Notes under the pieces: generated by a model
The model's input: the letters and a program-made list of their open reading frames with translations, nothing else
Told to the model about the DNA's origin: nothing
Databases searched by the model: none
Translations under genes and position numbers: made by a program
Assembly (NCBI RefSeq): GCF_964355755.1
Contig: NC_092679.1
Coordinates: 14,801,432-14,865,431 of the forward strand
DNA from: Antedon mediterranea
Taxonomy: Eukaryota; Animalia; Echinodermata
Direction: 5' to 3'
Length of the DNA stretch: 64,000 bases
In this document: positions 59,785 to 64,000 of the stretch, piece by piece
Numbering within the stretch: the stretch's first letter is position 1
How the letters are laid out: each line of letters starts with the position of its first letter

Positions 59785-61266
59785 CTATATTAGGAAATGT
59801 TAAAACAAAAATACTACGGTAATTCACAAAATCTACTAATTTTCAAAATATTATTCTGTATAAGGTTACCATAAATGTACATCAGTTAAACAGAGTTCTT
59901 AGTTCTTTGACGAAATTCGTTTTTTTTTCAAAAGAGTTTCGTTTTTTCAGGTTGGATAGTTCAATACAGTACAGACTGAGAGTTTTCTTTAAGTTAAATA
60001 ATTTCTTAAATGAAAGAAGCACATACAGTAATTTGTTTGCAAAACACTCTCCCTTTTTTACTATAAAATAAAGTGAATAACTATACTCTTCTTTTGTTGA
60101 AACACACTTGTTTCTCTGGCCATGGGTAGAGAAATGTACCTCAAGTGCTTCTGTACACAAATCAAATGACATGCATTTTTTTGTATTATCTCTTTGATAT
60201 TGAGCAAGTCCATTGGGAGATGGTTTACAATAAGACTGTTTGGATTTTAAAATGAAGCTTATATTGACAGTTTCTGTTGATTCATGCTACTGCATACGAT
60301 CTTTATTTATGATACTAAGGTAATGTAAGCCGACAAGCAAATATGCATATGATGATGCGTATAATAATGAAAAGAAAACTAGTTTGACAGATATATACAA
60401 AGTGGTATTGGTATTTTTTTACTTTTTCAAGTACTCTCACTTGCACTGAGAAAGGATTAGTATTCAGGCTATTTTATCTATTTTATAAGGCAGTAAACTC
60501 ATAATTTCATTTTTGTTTCAATTATTGCTTTGATAAATTTAAAAACATTAAAATACTAATGTAAACCAAAACTAAATGCAACATAAACACTTTTGCACAT
60601 TTCAAACTATTTATTTATTTTTTGTATTTTGTATTAATATTTGTCCTCAGTGAGGAAATTAGGATTATTGTATTGGCACACCAACGATAACCATTGATAA
60701 GTAATTACATAAATTGAAATGTCCGTAAAAGGATTATTTACTTTAAATCCCTCAACAGTAGAACAAACAAAGTTTATCTTTTAAAAAACAACAGGCCCTG
60801 AAAATATTGACTAACCAAAAACAATAACAATAGATCTACAGTCAAACAGGTAACAGGTTTATATAAAAATCAATGTAACAACAAGACTAACTTATATTAT
60901 GCTGCAAATACATTATTTGAATTTGATTTTTTTTCTATACTGTCATTATAATTTGTTGAATTAATAATAAAATATAATCTTATGGAAACCTCTATTCAGA
61001 GGACACCTCTATTAAGACGACATTTTCTTTTAAAACAAATAAGGGACAGTAAATGTTTAATACTACTTCAGGCCAATCCATCAGGAAACAATCATATAGG
61101 GGACAATTTGGTCCAAAGATAGTGGTGAACCTTCCTTAATTATTATTATTACTTAATTAAGAAGAAAGTTTGAGAGACAATATTATAATATGGTCAATCA
61201 TTTTATTGAAATGGTAACTCTATAAATTAAATTTGCTTCTAATACCAAAATAGTCCACATACTAAC

Positions 61267-61332
61267 CGGACTTCTGCGTCGTTTTTCATTTTGTGCACTG
61301 TTACCAGACTCTTTAGAGCGCACAACTCCCAT
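61267..61332 (-). CDS. Candidate alternative first coding exon MGVVRSKESGNSAQNEKRRRSP
   Basis: GAG-ATG-G start context, 22 codons, CCG|GTTAGT donor in phase 0 compatible with e1; locally GC-enriched; in-frame upstream ATG at 61359 (MFCRHCCQE) and TAA beyond. Confidence 0.55.
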
Positions 61333-62161
61333 CTCTTGACAACAATGTCTACAGAACATCCACAAGATATCTACACATGCTTAGCATTATGTCAATAACT
61401 AGAGAATGAACCTCTACCAAAGCGTCTTCCCTCAATCAAGACAAAATATTTAGAACCAACTATAGTATTGATTTTTTGCTACCCAGGGACAACAATAAGA
61501 CAGAAATAACAGTGATAGAGTGGGAGGGGTTTAATATGCTAATGAATTAGGCTTACCAAGAACTAACATATCAAATTTGTATTATTATCCCAGTCAATAA
61601 AACCAAGCTATTGTTGTTGCTATTTATATATCACCTTATACAATCAACAAGGTGATTAAATTAGTATATGTATGCACGTTAAATAAGGTTCTTATTGATT
61701 TTTTTATTTTATATTGATTTAGCAGTTTTTTGTTACTATGGTAATCATAAACAATGTTAATATTAACCAAACTATAAATTACACAAACCAACAGTGGTGT
61801 TGGTAGTCTATGAGTAAGATGCCTACGGTACCTGTATACACTCTTCACATGCCATTATAAATATTCTAATTGAATTACAGTCAGTCATTTTTGTCAAAAG
61901 ACTGTGTCTTAATGGTCTAAAATACAGAAGATGAACAACAAATATTTCAACCATTCAAATGTTTGTACTGGTTACGATAAGTCTCTGGGGTGGATCTAGG
62001 ATTGTTTAAAAAGAAAAGTGATGATACTAATTTAAGTCTGTCAAAAAAGATATCAAAAAGTAGTTTAATATTAGTAATACCGTAATTAATTTTAGTTTAG
62101 TTCAATAGGGGAAGGGCATAAATTATTTAAGAATTTTCTGATGTTTTACCAAGTTCATACT

Positions 62162-62508
62162 TGTATTGTCCCCCTGAAAAATAATTTTTTTAAATTTTTG
62201 TTGTTGAATATGCCATTTTAATGTCACATAATAGTTATTGACTTCGACCAAAAATTGGATCGAAAAAAAATTTATTTACCTGAAAAAACTGGAATTTAAA
62301 GCATAAAATGGTCAAATTGGCTGCCAGCCAATGGATTTTTGAATGAATTTAACCATTTATCATGTTATTTTATAAGTGAAACATTATTTGTTTCCGTTTT
62401 TTTTTCTACGGAAGTGATTCACTTTATTGAAACTACAAAATAACCTATTCAAAGTTTGATTTAATTAATCTTCATTTTTCATGTTTTTGGGGGACAATAC
62501 ATCTTTAA
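62162..62508. mobile_element. Kolobok-like MITE relic related to 5401-5953
   Basis: TGTATTGTCCCCC ... GGGGGACAATACATCT|TTAA; left end clipped; inverted related fragment at ~63105-63300. Confidence 0.65.
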
Positions 62509-63370
62509 TTATATATAATCTATTAATTCAATTCAAACAACTTTTTGAATTCAGAATATAAATTAATTTGGACATGGCAAATTCAAATAAAAAATTCAAA
62601 TTAAAACACTAAAAGTTATTTAAAAGTAAGACATTCAAAGACCAAACAGTCAAACTTAATCAAGACAAATTACTAAAGCTGTTTTTATCAATATGACAAG
62701 AGTTTAAAAAGGGTTTAAAAACGAGAACACAAAGTTTACCTTCACGTCAAGGCAAACAAGAATCAATACACATCATGTATTATAGAGATTAAAGTTATTG
62801 ATCTGAAGGAGGTAATCTATAGGGCCAAGCCTGAGGGTAACAAGAGCAATTAATGAACTTGGCTACATGTCAGTACAGGCAAATAGCTCAGCATGGGGTC
62901 GTTCTGAGTATATTAAAAACTCTTTAATTGTTGTGAGTGTTGCTATGAGTACTACTTCCTCCATGATGTTGCTAGTGATAGGTCAAGATTGTAACTTATT
63001 TAAATGGACAATTGTATCTGTATCTGTCAATCACATTATATATAATGACAAAACAACATATTTGCTGATTTTTTCTTTTTGTAAAAACTTTAAATTTCCC
63101 CACAAACTGAATGAAGATTAATAAAATAAATGGGCCATTTGCTGTTTTAATGAAGTTATTTTCTTCCGTAAAAAAAAAACGAGTTCACTTCACACGAAAT
63201 AAACTGTTAAATTTAACCAAAAACCCATTAACTTTAAATTGTAGTATTTTCAGGTAAACACTTTTTTCTCTCAATCCAATATTTAGTCAAAGTGAATATA
63301 TGAACTGTTATGAGACATTAAAATGAGTAGAGGCTATATATGGTTTGACCTTGAAAAAATTCTAATAAAA

Positions 63371-64000
63371 TATGGAACGCCGTTTACGCAACATTTCGAT
63401 GATATGAATTTTATGACGCGATATGTGAATGAAATGCATCGATATGAATTAAATGGTGCGATATATGAATGAAATGTTTTGAATTGAATGCTTTGAATTG
63501 AATATTTTGAATGAAATGTTTTGAATGAAATGTTTTGAATGAAATGTTTTGAATGAAATGTTTTGAATGAAATGTTTTAAATGAAATGTTTTGAATGAAA
63601 TGTTTTGAATGAAATGTTTGAATTGAATTGAAAAGTCAAACTATTGGTGGCGTATGTCATTCTCGCTCGCGATTATTTTCTCAACCTCTTAGGCCTAAGC
63701 CTGGGTACCCTCATCTCCTTTCTTCCACGCTGCCTTTACAGAGAATCCTAACAGATCTGGGTTCGGAAATATGTATTCCAATGTTTCAGGTCTGTTAGGG
63801 AGTCTCTGTAAAGGATTCATATTGATGACAGCGTTGAAAGGAGATGAGGGTACCCATGCTTAGGCGCGCCTATTAAGAGGTTGAAAAAAAATCTCGAGCG
63901 GGAATGACATACGCCGCCAATAGTTTGACTTTTCAATTCAATTCAAACATTTCATTCAAAACATTTCATTCAAAACATTTCATTCAAAACATTTCATTCA
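63371..64000. mobile_element. Foldback-type element: long inverted repeats with 14-bp tandem arrays (right end outside window)
   Basis: (GAATGAAATGTTTT)n at ~63480-63620 mirrored by (AAAACATTTCATTC)n from ~63945; unique arms 63621-63745 pair with ~63800-63943. Confidence 0.85.

Noticed and set aside
63480-63620. CRISPR-like or telomeric array
   Set aside because: Head-to-tail 14-mers without unique spacers, in eukaryotic DNA, forming part of a foldback arm.

Overview
AT-rich metazoan genomic DNA, probably an invertebrate deuterostome such as an echinoderm (inference only). The window lies inside one giant minus-strand gene encoding a nesprin-1 (SYNE1/Msp-300/ANC-1 family) spectrin-repeat protein. 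I traced by hand 60 GT-AG exons with mutually consistent phases, from 59784 down to 749 (15,681 nt, 5,227 codons). The CH domains and the KASH terminus lie outside the window. Main points: (1) a 7-exon, 646-aa, six-spectrin-repeat super-repeat present in 3 full copies plus 1 partial copy (42.2-55.5 kb); (2) a 1,749-nt exon inserting a ~530-aa disordered, motif-rich segment inside one spectrin repeat; (3) candidate internal first exons in long introns, one encoding an N-myristoylation-type start (MGVVRSK...KRRR) and one an NLS-like start (MTTPKRRK); (4) many non-autonomous elements in introns (Kolobok-, P-, hAT-, Tc1/mariner-, Harbinger-, Helentron- and foldback-like, plus tRNA-derived SINEs), some nested. 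No rRNA, intact tRNA, CRISPR array or autonomous transposase was seen.
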